The notes: generated by a model not told the origin, from the letters alone. 59,530 nt of DNA from a virus (IMGVR_UViG_3300017739_000010:1-59530), one strand, 5' to 3'. Counted from the stretch's first letter, positions 37,101-45,704 are shown. Made by a program: numbers and translations.

Positions 37101-39417
37101 AAACGCCAATGAAGCTTTTGGTAGAACTAATTTTTCACCAGACTTTAACGCGGTTGGTAGAGATAGGTTGGGCATGACGCATGAGTGGTTCTATATGGAC
37201 AACGTGCCTAAATATCTAAACTATAATCAGTTCAACAACACGTTTAGCTACGTTAATTTCTTAAATGATTTTAAATTAACACCTGAACATTTTAAAAGTA
37301 CTTCTTACAATTATTTTGATAGATTCATGATAACTGAAGGGTTTGAAACCAAAAACAATAACGGTTACTCTTCTTTTATTAAAACTAATCTTGAGAAAAA
37401 ATATACATTAGTTAATGGTGGTAATGATATTGCTTTTGCAAATACTGTTTTCAAAGGTATTAAAGTAGACTTTAAGAATAGAAAAGAGTTTTTAAATAAT
37501 AAAGCGACTGAATTTGTTAAATCATCTGAATTCAACGGCTATAAGTTTAGTACACTTGTGTTGGTAAGGAGTGGTAGTGAAACTAATTCGGTTGACTATG
37601 AGGTGATTCAAAATAAGAAGTTCAAATTTGTTGTATTTTTAATTACATTATCTATGGATGACTTATGGATTGATGGTGCTTTAAACAGAAAACTGTTGTA
37701 TGAGATGAATCATAGTTTCGTGTGGAATCATGAGACTCAAAATTTCTCATATTCAGATGTTAACCTAACAGGAGCATTAAATTTAAACGATATTAATTTT
37801 ACAGATCCATCTTCTAATGATTACAGGGTTGCAAAAGGAATTATACATAGTAACGGTGGAGAACCTCAATTCTTAGATCAGATTAATTCAGATGAAGATG
37901 ATAACTTTGGGTTCTTACAAATTAAAGTTTCTACTTCTAGTGGAGATGTTGTATTCAACTTAGAGATTGAATCTGTAGATGACCAGGACCAAATAACATT
38001 AGCTAGCGATCCTCAAGATATAAATGGCAATCCGGTTAATGTTTCTAACATAGCTGGTTACATTCAAAACAGCGCAGAGTATACTTACAAGGGTGGTGGA
38101 AAGAACGCATTTACGGCTATCTTAGACCAACTAGCTGTAGGTTCTGTTTCTAACTTGTTAAAGTTAAATGACGGAGAGATTACATATACTACCATTGAGG
38201 AAGATGGTCAAGCTGTAAACAACAGGTTCGAGATTGAATTTGAGAATGGAGTGGAGATAATTAAACAGTCTAGTTTATTGACTGTTGCGGATGAGGATAA
38301 ACCTAAGACTTTTAAATTAAAGCAAGGTGATATTGGCTACAATATAGTGTCCGGTGGAGCTTACTATCCATTCTTAATTAGACATAATGGGTATTACACA
38401 GTAGATACAATGCCTGTTGTAACCTTTACTGATACTTACTCACATTTTAAGACTAATACTCTTCAAACAACTTTAAACACTCAAGAGTTATCATTTGAAG
38501 AGCCTATGTATAAACACTCTTTAACTAGTGCAGAAGAAATTAAATTAGCTAGAGACTACTATAAGAGATATAACAGGTGTAAGACTGCATTTAATTTAGG
38601 CTTCATCCAAGATTATGGAGCACATGATGCTGCATGGGGTCTAATTAAAAATCACTTCTATAGAAAGGTAAATGAGTCTAATCCATCTGGTGTGACAAAA
38701 TTATCTACTTCTACTGATAAACTACCTCTTTACCCATTAATCGGTGAGGTTGCGATAGATAAAAAAGATGTAAATGTATTTAAGTCCTCTTGGGATAAAA
38801 ACTACTATACTAGGTCTTTATCTGGTGGATTAACAGAAGCAGTTCCAGGTACTTTTGAAACTAAAGAGGAAAGATCTTACTTAGGTTCAACTATTATGAA
38901 AGTAAAGGATAGCTATAGTATGATTAACTTTACTACTCAGACTGTAAAAACACAAGAGGAACAAGATTTAATTCTAGCTAACAATAATAATACAACAGAC
39001 GTTGTGGTATTTGAAGATGACAATAATGTATACATTGATTTTTACATTACTACAACTGTTAAAAAACTATTAAGCGATGATGGTGTTCTAAACTCTATTA
39101 ATGCGTTTGTATCTGCTGCAGATTCTGCTGGAGATAAAACAACAATAAAGGATGACGCTCTACTTTATGTGGAAAACAACCTACTCAACACGTTTAATTT
39201 AGACATGATAAAAATTTACACTAGCAGAGTGAAGGGTATTTCTTCAGAAATTCTATCTTCTGCTAACATTAACAATTTAGATGACGGTGGTTATATGAAT
39301 GACACAAACTTTACGTTTAAGTCACATGAACAAAAGCCCCTTAATTTTAGAATGATATATAATAAAAGATTAGGTTATTCTTATAGAATTAGACCTATGA
39401 TAAAAATAAAGTCATAA
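31159..39417 (+). CDS. giant virion protein: Calx-beta / cadherin-like Ig adhesin N-terminus plus structural C-terminus
   Basis: ILNDLSSSEGPENL (Calx-beta-like); NQPP/NQAP/NVAP..DPE cadherin-like repeats; Thr-rich linker. Confidence 0.7.
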   Translation: MANISFQLNTTTGFSDAASAIANWGTGSVVTAWVIDSGSGQVSANDIVYQNNDGVPNQNDGTLSNPFQGGLYYYAFEQLDGSIAAAQIDNTGSISSSVITTTTTSSTTAPATPTYTILVTDAAGNTPSNNEFNEGAVVNVTIQSGGVLGNTLDYAVSGTATENDFTANGWPLGVGLTQGTLNFANADTVPLQFTILNDLSSSEGPENLIITLDPQDNNGNSAGQTVTINILDTSANQPPALSAVTATVTQNGTGNDFVDIDFSQGAVDPESDPLTFYIQSLPSGGGTLRDPQAPTTDLTTNDLPYQIQSSGYEIRYYPGTTFVGGNAVFNWYAEDGISTQNGTASATVTVNAPQNQAPVAANVSPAAFQAGTVGIQKFFTRSATDEDVSTLTFNWSDANGTTLSGGLADINPTLLYGQLTQASGETFLYTTNTTLGPNDPSASETLFYYTATDSQGETSAAAQVQFQLLPPGNVAPSFDVTPPSTPIQITNGVAYIQQGITATDPEGNTVTISVQNVGGTDTGATATFNGGNLTVTGSSAGSVSVTLRATDQFSAFDAANDITYNFTTVAVAYRGVRKSAFSNSDTAACSLERPAQGFYYYSTGTGGTTFLSNLAAGAFLYSDTGLQNKIIPSSASFPWISVEETVGNTPTVKALKLNASDGAIEEVLNCTVTGGNAWPILVRYSQNATVFCDGVYEETEAWQNIGETATIVDVVSAGGQLFSSEYYANQYLNNNGIYAPSSLILLNGVYTQDGVTDVDVERNYFNYSGGWTANPAPLLNDPTNDPNVLAQVNGMYECAPDIVYSTKSIDVFWNSSEPTNVSAFCAPQNAVGWNTNNLGSTYDTITLYYRQDVNDSTNWNLLDLAKNQILVYISQTAAENQDYNLVQPSSVLLSNNGEGFVLFDKDDDTGYSGSYRWYAFSPDDNNNATLDNLLEVADSGSVYGQCEDQITGPLADYIRPEVWNINTNNLNIVIGNEAGSVYFAFYGCDVKLDPGIPGGEPYYPMYIVDGMIERIQLLDAGTSYINTFVQAITNNTLNTRAQVKVGGECLTYTNAIVATNIEDAVNIMQSELDLVGGGDVVRAVSINAVDLGLGSEAVVSYNPHPMSLSGQQDLICYNCKANSNNWATYEFPIMDDAQILNRTLPNFNLEENYILDNVSKPLLRTNPKLSTNAKIVANSTDKIFIESIDATKELASVEYKKWELNPNGQYSQDLYKFYKSSSTPASIMYATRVDSSDFAVQESYDKQIEEVYHYGTTYNYSKLHSEDLRILAPIWLDKDIPKRFVVFRVNDPVGEADFDTRGSFDNLQEFLKNSEIVKTFDLTTNSSLGKYIRNHVNSESFPRGPIQFNFEKREKSNFKGIDLEKGGFTAKGEYLHKDFVYTDGPLISANATITDGFERNKLACANLLNLEFLFDDNNASDYSINRYFGLYVNDIDSGYGNLRSAENGNLIFESLNSYINEDPKSAIPAFKQISDTPTLGYLSISDEFYKISSKAKYDVDKLNLIVEDGANAIPAEIKTAPNGKSIDIVKRDDAGFDFVKSTITRAPQVNDRFIVFESRESSYSIKFLRLIPNETWQLKLVIAGNVTNINIATQGSIEATGLVLNAALVQYPNISASWDANAKKIYITEVNATLDDLQVEFTPVIPQSSSTVTKVEQIQTSVNLDNSTFFATFSLPAGTFSGQLFSAQGTNSEIAKAIAGCINNSSINFDVVIADGASEFYIKSKIAGYKLLQSGVLVPNANAEDFISFENLDERTTLNPKGLLGLDNSIRTLNSVHFMSGGNSGGKSVLVSQDSVADVVVGDMLATGSAGTFNMVIDIVDDIATPNTIYKKLVLDKVNVLESGEQKIYAENIAKLGLFSAYDIHDMNFDFYDISNSELKELEYETSANINYEPERSSTNTLEVFGTDYDIQDVYSYFTGISDTLPEETLDAYNEVKLFSEYDRLQENNIKEFAVRSRTVPNINKWVLKDTLTVREQPYYLNANEAFGRTNFSPDFNAVGRDRLGMTHEWFYMDNVPKYLNYNQFNNTFSYVNFLNDFKLTPEHFKSTSYNYFDRFMITEGFETKNNNGYSSFIKTNLEKKYTLVNGGNDIAFANTVFKGIKVDFKNRKEFLNNKATEFVKSSEFNGYKFSTLVLVRSGSETNSVDYEVIQNKKFKFVVFLITLSMDDLWIDGALNRKLLYEMNHSFVWNHETQNFSYSDVNLTGALNLNDINFTDPSSNDYRVAKGIIHSNGGEPQFLDQINSDEDDNFGFLQIKVSTSSGDVVFNLEIESVDDQDQITLASDPQDINGNPVNVSNIAGYIQNSAEYTYKGGGKNAFTAILDQLAVGSVSNLLKLNDGEITYTTIEEDGQAVNNRFEIEFENGVEIIKQSSLLTVADEDKPKTFKLKQGDIGYNIVSGGAYYPFLIRHNGYYTVDTMPVVTFTDTYSHFKTNTLQTTLNTQELSFEEPMYKHSLTSAEEIKLARDYYKRYNRCKTAFNLGFIQDYGAHDAAWGLIKNHFYRKVNESNPSGVTKLSTSTDKLPLYPLIGEVAIDKKDVNVFKSSWDKNYYTRSLSGGLTEAVPGTFETKEERSYLGSTIMKVKDSYSMINFTTQTVKTQEEQDLILANNNNTTDVVVFEDDNNVYIDFYITTTVKKLLSDDGVLNSINAFVSAADSAGDKTTIKDDALLYVENNLLNTFNLDMIKIYTSRVKGISSEILSSANINNLDDGGYMNDTNFTFKSHEQKPLNFRMIYNKRLGYSYRIRPMIKIKS
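39354..39362 (+). promoter_or_regulatory. late-promoter-like GATATATAA
   Basis: Within the 3' end of the upstream gene, 67 nt before ATG 39421. Confidence 0.5.
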
Positions 39418-39420
39418 GAA

Positions 39421-41067
39421 ATGGCAATTAACATTCAAGAAATACTACATCCTAGTGACTCCGATAGTATCAAGTTTGAGAAGATTAACTATAACTTCGA
39501 CCAGATACTAGCAAACGGCGGTGGACCTGTTGGACCAAAGGGTCAAAAGGGAATCCAGGGAGTCGTTGGTCTAACCGGCCAAAAGGGCGAACTCGGTGAA
39601 AAAGGTATCAAGGGTGACTCTGGTGAAACTACTAGCCCATGGAAATCTATTGCTATAGATTTAGATGCGTTAGACGGAGTTAACGACGTTACGTTTTTAA
39701 AACCAAAACCAGGAACTGATAAAGAGACTCCAGTCATTTGGCTTGGGGACTCCTCTTTTATTAACGATGGTAATACTGCTGGAGATGGTGATGTTACTTT
39801 AAGGTCTACTTTGAATGTTGGTAGACACTACAACATCACTGGTTCTGCAATTGAAGCCGAGTATATGACTTTTTGGCATAATGCCGATAATAAAATAGTA
39901 ATTGACTCTGAAGATCAAACAGGTTATGTGAGATATAATTTATCTCCTGTTAACCCGTTAGTTGGTAATGCACCAGATATTAGATTTCAGATCAATTTAC
40001 CTACTGTTCATACAGAGACATTTTTACTAAATAATATGGGAGCTTCTGGAACTTTATCTGATGGTATGATTAGATATAACTCCGGAGGTAGTAAATTTGA
40101 AGGATATATTGGAGGTTCATGGAAGGAATTCTGTATGGACCCATGTGGAAGTGGTGTTGCAGCTACAATTTCAATCTCAGGAGGAGACTTAAACTTAAAT
40201 TCTGATGGTACTCTATCCAGTGATAGTATTTCTATCTCAGGGGGAGACTTAAACTTAAATGCTGATGGTACAACTAATAGTGGGACTACTAGTTCTACAA
40301 CATCATCTACGACTTCTTCGACGACAGCAGCTCCACAACCTGAGAACTATACAATTAATTTTGTTGAGGGCAACTCCGATTCTAACTTTAACATTACTGG
40401 CGTTACTCTAAATAATGGTGGTTCTTCCTATGTATATAGTGCAGGTTCAGCGACTTTCCAAGCTTTACCAGGAGCTACAGTAACATTCACTTTAACTGCG
40501 GATGTGTCTCAAGGTAGAACTTTCAATAATGACCCTATATCTATTGGTGGAACTACAACAGTAAGTGAGTCTAATACAAATACTCAGGCAATACATCAGT
40601 TCTCTGAAGTGCTTGGTTCTAGTGGAGCTACAACTACACTAACAGTAGAAGCAGCTACATCTGCAACAACTACGGCACCTCCTGCCCCAGACTTTGATTT
40701 TACTTCAGGCCAAATGACTAATCCATCCTCAGTCCCTGTAACCTTTAGTGGTAGTAATGATACTATTGATGTAATTCAAGGCGGTGGATCCATATCGATT
40801 AGTTTTGATTCAAGTACTAGTGTATCTCAGGGTGATTTCAGTATTCCAACTTCATTTGTTAGTTGGGGGTCTAGCCCGTTATTGTACGACAGTGTAGATA
40901 ATCAAGGTACTTTGAATTTAACGGTTAGTCCAAATACTGGAGCTAATGCTAATCCTAGAAATGGTAATGTAACTTACAACGGGACAGTGCCAGTGGGTAA
41001 TGTGAGTCAAGTAACAATACAACAAGATGGTACGGCAATATCTGGTTCTCAAGGAAATCAAGCTTAA
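39421..41067 (+). CDS. collagen-like fibre protein with BACON-like C-terminal domain
   Basis: KINYNF motif; about 11 Gly-X-Y triplets; TVSPNT..RNGNVT..VTIQQ. Confidence 0.7.
   Translation: MAINIQEILHPSDSDSIKFEKINYNFDQILANGGGPVGPKGQKGIQGVVGLTGQKGELGEKGIKGDSGETTSPWKSIAIDLDALDGVNDVTFLKPKPGTDKETPVIWLGDSSFINDGNTAGDGDVTLRSTLNVGRHYNITGSAIEAEYMTFWHNADNKIVIDSEDQTGYVRYNLSPVNPLVGNAPDIRFQINLPTVHTETFLLNNMGASGTLSDGMIRYNSGGSKFEGYIGGSWKEFCMDPCGSGVAATISISGGDLNLNSDGTLSSDSISISGGDLNLNADGTTNSGTTSSTTSSTTSSTTAAPQPENYTINFVEGNSDSNFNITGVTLNNGGSSYVYSAGSATFQALPGATVTFTLTADVSQGRTFNNDPISIGGTTTVSESNTNTQAIHQFSEVLGSSGATTTLTVEAATSATTTAPPAPDFDFTSGQMTNPSSVPVTFSGSNDTIDVIQGGGSISISFDSSTSVSQGDFSIPTSFVSWGSSPLLYDSVDNQGTLNLTVSPNTGANANPRNGNVTYNGTVPVGNVSQVTIQQDGTAISGSQGNQA
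40168..40272 (+). repeat. 60-bp-period internal duplication (ISISGGDLNLNxDGT twice)
   Basis: Near-identical 45-bp units at 40168 and 40228. Confidence 0.9.
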
Positions 41068-41078
41068 TATGAAATAAT

Positions 41079-41888
41079 ATGAAAGATAAAATAAAAAACA
41101 TACTCTCGAATAAGACTCTAGTAACATTTATTGCTGGAGCTCTTTTCGTTATGCTTTTTCTTAGACAGTGTAATCAGATTTCAAATCTTAAACAGGATGT
41201 GAAATTTGCACAAGAGGATGCTGATAGAAACTTAAATAACTTTAAGGCTTCTCAAGACTCAGTTACAGTACTAAGAAATAATAACGGAGATCAGCTAGCG
41301 GAGATTAGATCTTTTGAGTTTGATTTATCAAAAATTCAAGAGAGTCAGAAGGATTTAACTAGGAGGTATCAAAAAGCTCTTGCGTTAAACAAAGACTTAG
41401 AACAGGTTAACTCTTTAATTTCTGCAGAATTAGAGATTAAAGATAGCTTAGACGTAACTACGAATACTGCATCAATAGATTCTGTTACAACTAAAATAAA
41501 TTTCAATTCAGAGAAAGATTTTGGTAGCGGTAACTCAAGAATTTTAACAGGGTTCTCTACTGTAAAGTGGGATTTTGGGCAGTTCAGAGTTCTAAACACA
41601 AAATTTGAATTAAAACAAACACTAAGCCTGATGGCAGCAATTGAAGAGGGTGAGGATGGAGCAGATAGATTAAAATTATCTACAAGCTATCCCGGTTTAG
41701 TGATTAAAGATATTGAGAATATCAACCTAGTAAATACTAGATTAAACAGAAAGGCTGAGAAGAAGGCTGGATGGGGAATTGGTATTGGTTTAGGTTATGG
41801 TATTAATTTAAACAACAACCAGGTGATTAGCACTGGCCCAAGTATTGGGGTAGGTATTTATTGGTCACCTAAATTTTTAAGATTTTAA
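41079..41888 (+). CDS. spanin-like membrane protein
   Basis: N-terminal TM, coiled coil, Gly/aromatic C-terminal beta-hairpin ending in Phe. Confidence 0.5.
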   Translation: MKDKIKNILSNKTLVTFIAGALFVMLFLRQCNQISNLKQDVKFAQEDADRNLNNFKASQDSVTVLRNNNGDQLAEIRSFEFDLSKIQESQKDLTRRYQKALALNKDLEQVNSLISAELEIKDSLDVTTNTASIDSVTTKINFNSEKDFGSGNSRILTGFSTVKWDFGQFRVLNTKFELKQTLSLMAAIEEGEDGADRLKLSTSYPGLVIKDIENINLVNTRLNRKAEKKAGWGIGIGLGYGINLNNNQVISTGPSIGVGIYWSPKFLRF

Positions 41889-43958
41889 ATGGCGCAATCA
41901 AGTAGATATTTTAGAATAGACGAAGACATTCTGTTAGAGTTTATTTACCACGATCAGGGTGATGTAGAAAAATATAAGATCGAGGTAGATGATAATGGTA
42001 GCGAGGTAATGTTCTTAGACACAGTAGATGGGAATCCATCTCAAACCAGACATTTAATTAATGAGCTAGGATCTGCTGTAGTAAACTTTGATGTTACTGT
42101 TATGAGTGGTTATCTTGCTGTAGAAAATTTTGCAGCCAGAACTCTATTATTACAAAATGGTAAGACATATAAATTCGATTTAAGTGCTTTAGCTAATCCA
42201 GCTGATTTTGCAATCTCTGGCAGTTTAGGTATTTACACTTATTCTCCAGTTACTAACATTGGGCAGTTTACTCCAAACGTAAATGGTAAAATTAGTTATA
42301 GTTACCCTGGTTTAAAGGGTGGTAAAATTATTGTTGACACCAGAGCTAATCCTCTATTTTCATCACCAGATGAAGCAACTGGGAACGATATTAACCAAAC
42401 AATAGGAAGATACCATGCAATTAAAACCCCAGGCAATGATACTACTAAATATGCTTTATTAGGTTATGATTCTACTGGTGATTATGATATGCATAACTAT
42501 ATCAATAATAGCCCAGATTGGCAAGGTGGTAATGAGGCAGATCTTCTAAATTATCAGACAGAAGCAACTCAAAATATAAATTACATTTTATATGATAGTA
42601 TTAGACTTCATTTAAAATCGGGTTTTAGTTTTTCTGCAAGAGGATATGAGGGGTTCCTGTTCGAGGTAACTGCAAAAAGAACAACCGGTGTAGAAAACTT
42701 TTTAACTCAATTAGTTTATCTAAATCAAAGTAACTATGAGTTCTCTAATCCTAAGCCTTTTATCTTAGGTGAAACTCTTTGGTCAAAATATATTAATTTA
42801 AAGATTCCAACTCTTGTAAATCAAAATGCAGAGTTTAATGACAGATTCTATGGTAACGGGACTGCTAATTCAAGCGACTTAGATCTAACTGCAAACTATG
42901 GTATTAAATTTACACTTCTAGACCAATTAAGAACTATTGAAGGTTTTGATTATGTTTATACTGGGGAAGAGAATAAATTCACAGTATCAAGAGAAGATGA
43001 ATATGCTGATTTCACAGTTGTGGTTGAAGATGCTACTGATGGAGATTACTTTAATATCTATGGAGAAAAAGATAATTCAATCAATAATTTTGAGGGACAT
43101 ATATTAAATAGGATTCAAACTTCTTCAGATGATATTGTTGTAATTTATGATGTTGATGTTTTTGAACAGATAGGAACTGCTCAAGTAAAATCTTATACAA
43201 CAACATTTACACAGTATGAAGATTTCAATACTCCGCTTAAATTTAGACCTGTAATTAATCAAGCTAACATCGCGGTTAACTTTTCAATTGAGGTTACGAT
43301 GAGAATCTATAATCAAACGGATAATACACAGATTGTAAAGAGAGCTAGTTTGACTGTAGACCAAGCTGCTAAATACGGTAAGAAACTAAGCGTATTGAAG
43401 ATTGATAATCCAAACATATTAACTGAGGTTTACAACATATTACCTAGCCTAGCTGCTAATAAAGTTATCTCAGGTTTTATTACTGATAATCTACCAAGAT
43501 CAGTTAAGACGGTACCGGCATTTGTTGAAAGACATAATGTGATTGCTAGTTCTGCGAAAGTAAACTTAGTAGGTACTGGAGATAATCCAATTACAAAAGA
43601 GGTTGAAGAATTTGATACAACTGATTTTGTAAATGAAGGTGATTTATCTATTAGTATTCCTCCTTTTGCTTCTTACTATAAATTTGCTATTGCTAAGAAA
43701 AGAGGAGACGATTTCGAAATGATTTCGTTCGAGAATGCAGAGAGAGTTATACTTACATTTAACGATGGAGCTACTAAGCTAAAGTTTAACCACGTCTATA
43801 ATAAAGATATTGACATGGGTAAGGGTGAAGTTCTATTTACTGTTAACGAGGCTAATGCTTCTAGTATCAGAGGTATGAAGACTGACGCTTTCTACATTAG
43901 CATCGATAACGGAACAGAAGAAACTATGATTACTAAAGGTAAATTTACTATTGGATAA
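41889..43958 (+). CDS. virion structural protein
   Basis: 689 aa, beta-rich, late operon context. Confidence 0.55.
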   Translation: MAQSSRYFRIDEDILLEFIYHDQGDVEKYKIEVDDNGSEVMFLDTVDGNPSQTRHLINELGSAVVNFDVTVMSGYLAVENFAARTLLLQNGKTYKFDLSALANPADFAISGSLGIYTYSPVTNIGQFTPNVNGKISYSYPGLKGGKIIVDTRANPLFSSPDEATGNDINQTIGRYHAIKTPGNDTTKYALLGYDSTGDYDMHNYINNSPDWQGGNEADLLNYQTEATQNINYILYDSIRLHLKSGFSFSARGYEGFLFEVTAKRTTGVENFLTQLVYLNQSNYEFSNPKPFILGETLWSKYINLKIPTLVNQNAEFNDRFYGNGTANSSDLDLTANYGIKFTLLDQLRTIEGFDYVYTGEENKFTVSREDEYADFTVVVEDATDGDYFNIYGEKDNSINNFEGHILNRIQTSSDDIVVIYDVDVFEQIGTAQVKSYTTTFTQYEDFNTPLKFRPVINQANIAVNFSIEVTMRIYNQTDNTQIVKRASLTVDQAAKYGKKLSVLKIDNPNILTEVYNILPSLAANKVISGFITDNLPRSVKTVPAFVERHNVIASSAKVNLVGTGDNPITKEVEEFDTTDFVNEGDLSISIPPFASYYKFAIAKKRGDDFEMISFENAERVILTFNDGATKLKFNHVYNKDIDMGKGEVLFTVNEANASSIRGMKTDAFYISIDNGTEETMITKGKFTIG

Positions 43959-44509
43959 TGATTTTAAATAGCAGAAATAACGCATACGATTTTAGATTTC
44001 CTAGGAAGTTTATTCCAGATGAAGTTGCTAACAAATATAAGAAGTATTTGAATAGAGTTCCTGGTGGACTTTTAGCGGAACCAATTGATTTTGTCAATTA
44101 TTCTATACAAGGTCTTAATATTCCCGGTGTAACTTTCGATCCAATTACTCAACAAGATAATGATGGTACAATAAGAAGCCATAGAGGTGCCGTACCAATT
44201 CAAAATACAATTACTAGAGAATTTACAGTAACATTCCAGCTATTAGATGGTTTTATTAACTACTGGCTTATGATGGACACTTTGCTTTTCTATTATGCTA
44301 GAAGTACTAAACAGGCTTATATTGAGCCAATGACTCTAAGAATTTTAGACGCGGAAGGTGCTTCAGTAGCCTATATGGAATTCAATGGTATAATTATGAA
44401 CTCAATTAACGAGTTAAATCTAAACATGGCAGAAAATGTTTCTGATTTCAGTACGTTTGAATGTACTTTTGTCTATAATAAACTAGACCTGAGATTAGAA
44501 ATAGAATAA
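43958..44509 (+). CDS. tail tube / tail completion (gp19/gp3-like fold)
   Basis: IQGLNIPG, FTVTF..LD...NY, ELNL...FECTFVY pattern. Confidence 0.6.
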   Translation: MILNSRNNAYDFRFPRKFIPDEVANKYKKYLNRVPGGLLAEPIDFVNYSIQGLNIPGVTFDPITQQDNDGTIRSHRGAVPIQNTITREFTVTFQLLDGFINYWLMMDTLLFYYARSTKQAYIEPMTLRILDAEGASVAYMEFNGIIMNSINELNLNMAENVSDFSTFECTFVYNKLDLRLEIE

Positions 44510-44511
44510 AA

Positions 44512-44520
44512 GATATATAA
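44512..44520 (+). promoter_or_regulatory. late-promoter-like GATATATAA starting 12 nt before ATG
   Basis: Intergenic. Confidence 0.6.
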
Positions 44521-44523
44521 ACT

Positions 44524-44901
44524 ATGAGAGATACTAAAACATTTAACGAATACTTAGTTGAGCAAAAGTTGACAGAAAACGATATGCAGCTTTTAAAAGA
44601 GTCTTTACAAGAAGAGTGGACTCCAGAATTAGAAGCTAAAGTAGACCATGCTCTAGAGCAATTCGTACAGCAATTTCAAAATGAAGACGGATCTTTTGAT
44701 TTGGATAGATTAGAAGAAGGTATTGTCAATGAAGGACTTTTAGGTTCTATTATCGGTGGTTTAACTGGTTTCGCGCTAGGAAAATCTGTTGGTAAAATGA
44801 TTGCTAAAGTTTTAGGTATTCAAAAAGGTATATTCTACGATTTATTAACCTCCCGTTTAGTTGGTGCTGCTCTAGGTGCTGCAATGGGTAAAAGATTCTA
44901 A
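44524..44901 (+). CDS. capsid-targeted protein: acidic pro-region plus glycine-zipper amphipathic C-terminus
   Basis: KTFNEYLVE motif; IVNE/GLLGSIIGGLTGFALG. Confidence 0.65.
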   Translation: MRDTKTFNEYLVEQKLTENDMQLLKESLQEEWTPELEAKVDHALEQFVQQFQNEDGSFDLDRLEEGIVNEGLLGSIIGGLTGFALGKSVGKMIAKVLGIQKGIFYDLLTSRLVGAALGAAMGKRF

Positions 44902-44902
44902 T

Positions 44903-45574
44903 TTGAATTTAGTAACAGTCGACTTCTCTCTTAATTCCCCTGGTATTTGTATTTGGACTTCCAACACAAATGAATATCACTTTGTCTCATATCTTAAAGC
45001 TGGTACAGGTACAAAAGCAGAACAAAAACGTCAAGAAGAAATTTCAACATTCTCAGACGTAACTTTATTCCATCAACCAGATTGGAAAACAAAATTTGGT
45101 GATTACTCCAAGAACGAATTTGCAAAAATTAAGAGATATAGAGAGATGGCTTCAGATCTCATATCTGAAATAGTTAATATAGTAGGTACAACAAAAGATT
45201 ATTATATTGCTTTCGAAGGTTCGTCTTACGGATCTAAGATGGGAACAAACAACATTATTGATATGGCAGCAGGAGCTGCAATCTTAAAAAATCAAATGAT
45301 GGAATTGCTTTGCGTCGAAGAAATTCTAACGGTCGCTCCAACTACAATTAAGAAACATGCAGGAAAAGGGAATATGAATAAAGCCGCTCTTTGGACTGCC
45401 TTCTTAAACAATGTTTGTGAATCTCCTTTGTTAGCTAACAGTCCTCTATATAAGTATTGTGTTTCTGAAATTGGTGAGGTGAAAAAAGTTCCGAAACCTT
45501 TCGATGACCTAGTTGATGCATGGTTTCTTAATCATTACCTCTACACTCAACTCGAGGGAAATTTGCCAGACTGA
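44903..45574 (+). CDS. ruvC: RuvC-like Holliday junction resolvase (likely TTG start at 44903)
   Basis: VDFSLNSPG, AFEGSSY, PTTIKK..GKGN..K, DDLVDA. Confidence 0.8.
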   Translation: MNLVTVDFSLNSPGICIWTSNTNEYHFVSYLKAGTGTKAEQKRQEEISTFSDVTLFHQPDWKTKFGDYSKNEFAKIKRYREMASDLISEIVNIVGTTKDYYIAFEGSSYGSKMGTNNIIDMAAGAAILKNQMMELLCVEEILTVAPTTIKKHAGKGNMNKAALWTAFLNNVCESPLLANSPLYKYCVSEIGEVKKVPKPFDDLVDAWFLNHYLYTQLEGNLPD

Positions 45575-45645
45575 CCAAATCTCTGCTTTCAAGCCTCTTC
45601 TGGCTAGTCTCTGCTTCCGGAACTACTCTTCCCCTGAGGTTAAAT
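45547..45645 (-). ncRNA. candidate structured small RNA
   Basis: About 51% GC; closing stem plus two internal stems; upstream GAAAC-N18-TATAA; no ORF. Confidence 0.45.
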
Positions 45646-45652
45646 ACATAAC

Positions 45653-45680
45653 TTATATGCTAGTTCCCAGAAAAGGTTTC
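45653..45680 (-). promoter_or_regulatory. GAAAC-N18-TATAA promoter-like motif, minus strand
   Basis: GTTTC 45676-45680 and TTATA 45653-45657 on the plus strand. Confidence 0.5.
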
Positions 45681-45704
45681 AAAAAACTTCAGTAAATCTC
45701 AAAT

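Noticed and set aside
44903-45645. RuvC plus 3'-overlapping RNA as a TnpB/Cas12- or TIGR-like guided nuclease
   Set aside because: The protein is a compact contiguous resolvase with no REC/WED/Zn-ribbon or Nop domain; the promoter and G-U pairs favour the antisense strand; no array or IS ends
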